From assembly GCA_965662845.1 (NCBI GenBank), contig CBFIJD010000035.1, positions 3,946 through 14,695 on the forward strand: a stretch of DNA of 10,750 bases. Direction: 5' to 3'. A program made the position numbers and the translations under genes. The notes beneath the pieces are model-generated. The model was not told where the DNA came from, searched no databases, and saw only the letters and a list, made by a program, of their open reading frames with translations. This DNA comes from an uncultured bacterium (lineage in GTDB: Bacteria; SAR324; NAC60-12). Below, one piece after another: positions 8,715 to 10,750 of this stretch (its first letter is position 1; each line of letters opens with the position of its first letter).

Positions 8715-9215
8715 ATGTCACAGATTCAGATTGCTTGCTCTACACCGGCGGATGACGTCGAATTCTTGGCGCTGAATGAGGCGTCGGTACCGCACGTCAA
8801 CTCGATCTCGCCGGAGAAGCTAAAGTCTCTGCGAGAACAATCCGTCTTCACTGGAGTCGCGCGCGACGCAGCGGGGCGTTTCGCAGGTTTCTTGCTGGTC
8901 TTGGATCAAGATGCGGAGTATGAGAGCTTGAATTTCCAGTGGTTCAAGGCTCGGTATGAGCGCTTTGTGTATGTCGACCGCGTCGCGGTCGGGGAGCGCT
9001 TCCGCCGCGCAGGGGTCGGAAGACAACTATACGCTGCGCTGGAGCCTGTGGTCGCTGGACGCTTCCCCTGGCTCGCGTGTGAAGTGAATCTCAGCCCCCC
9101 GAATCCCGCCTCGTTGGCGTTTCACCACGGCCTCGGCTTTGCGGAGGTCGGGCAACAAGACACGGAAAATGGAGCGAAGCGAGTCTCGTTGATGACACGC
9201 CCGCTCGCCGTTTAA
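8715..9215 (+). CDS. GNAT family N-acetyltransferase (COG3818-like)
   Basis: YESLNFQWF, FVYVDRVAV, acetyl-CoA motif RRAGVG, CEVNLSPPNPASLAFH and GFAEVG. ATG 8715 is preferred over TTG 8670, which lies inside the candidate promoter. Confidence 0.88.
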   Translation: MSQIQIACSTPADDVEFLALNEASVPHVNSISPEKLKSLREQSVFTGVARDAAGRFAGFLLVLDQDAEYESLNFQWFKARYERFVYVDRVAVGERFRRAGVGRQLYAALEPVVAGRFPWLACEVNLSPPNPASLAFHHGLGFAEVGQQDTENGAKRVSLMTRPLAV

Positions 9216-9250
9216 CCCAGCAGCGTCTCACGCGACTCGGAGAGCACAAG

Positions 9251-9946
9251 ATGCCCCAAACGATCCTCGTCACCGGAACCAACCGAGGTCTCGGCCTCGA
9301 ATTTGTAAAGCAGCTCCTCTGCCGTGGCGACCACGTCTTCGCAACCTGCCGCAAGCCAGCGCACGCTCCAGAGCTGCAGCAACTTGCGCAGACCTTTTCC
9401 AACCTGCGCGTGTTGCCCCTTGACGTCGCAGACACGGACACGTTCACGGCGTTCGCGGAGTCGTTGCCAGACCAGCCGCTGGACGTTTTCATCAACAACG
9501 CGGGCGTCTATGGCCCCAAAGGGCTGCGCTGGGGGAGCGTGCAACGAGAAGACTGGATGCAGACGCTGCTGGTGAACACCGTCGCTCCCCTCTTGCTCAC
9601 TCAAGCGCTTGTCGGCACGTTCCGCGCAGACGGCCCAAAGAAGCTGGTGTATCTCAGCTCCAAGGTCGGCTCGATTGCTGAAAATGACAGCGGCGGGGGC
9701 TACATCTATCGCAGCTCCAAAACCGCGCTGAACCAAGTCATCAAAAGCCTCTCGCTAGATCTCGCGGGACAAGGCTTCAAGGCGCTCGCGCTGCATCCAG
9801 GGTGGGTGCTGACGGACATGGGCGGCCCAAACGCGCTCATCGAGCCTCACACCAGCGTGGAGGGGATGCTACGTGTGATCGACAACCTGACTCCCGAGCA
9901 ATCGGGAAGCTTTCTCAACTACGACGGCAGCCCGATTCCGTGGTAA
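9251..9946 (+). CDS. Short-chain dehydrogenase/reductase, C-factor/Sniffer-like
   Basis: TGTNRGLG cofactor motif, NNAG, SSKVGSI, catalytic YRSSK and LHPGWVLTDMGG. GGAG RBS at 9239-9242. Confidence 0.93.
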   Translation: MPQTILVTGTNRGLGLEFVKQLLCRGDHVFATCRKPAHAPELQQLAQTFSNLRVLPLDVADTDTFTAFAESLPDQPLDVFINNAGVYGPKGLRWGSVQREDWMQTLLVNTVAPLLLTQALVGTFRADGPKKLVYLSSKVGSIAENDSGGGYIYRSSKTALNQVIKSLSLDLAGQGFKALALHPGWVLTDMGGPNALIEPHTSVEGMLRVIDNLTPEQSGSFLNYDGSPIPW

Positions 9947-9974
9947 GCCGCCCACTTCGCCTGAACGTCTCTGA

Positions 9975-10750
<776 letters not shown>

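Noticed and set aside
9251..9946. Myxobacterial C-signal (csgA) function
   Set aside because: This SDR subfamily is widespread, and nothing in the window supports a developmental role.

Overview
Bacterial, moderately GC-rich window with eight CDSs. On the minus strand is the pyruvate dehydrogenase operon: aceE (homodimeric E1) followed by aceF (two lipoyl domains, cut off by the window start). Divergent from it is a signalling module: a soluble five-PAS histidine kinase and two tandem paralogous single-domain response regulators. Convergent on these is a stand-alone DUF58 (vWA-like) gene. A probable operon follows: COG3818-type GNAT, C-factor-like SDR and an ArgD/AstC(AruC)-type aminotransferase (cut off by the window end). 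I see no mobile element, CRISPR array, tRNA or rRNA. The best candidate for an uncharacterised system is the kinase plus twin receivers. It has no DNA-binding output, an atypical H-box and complementary deviations in the two receivers, and it shares a structured intergenic region with aceEF. Family calls come from motif recognition by eye; no searches were run and novelty is unproven.
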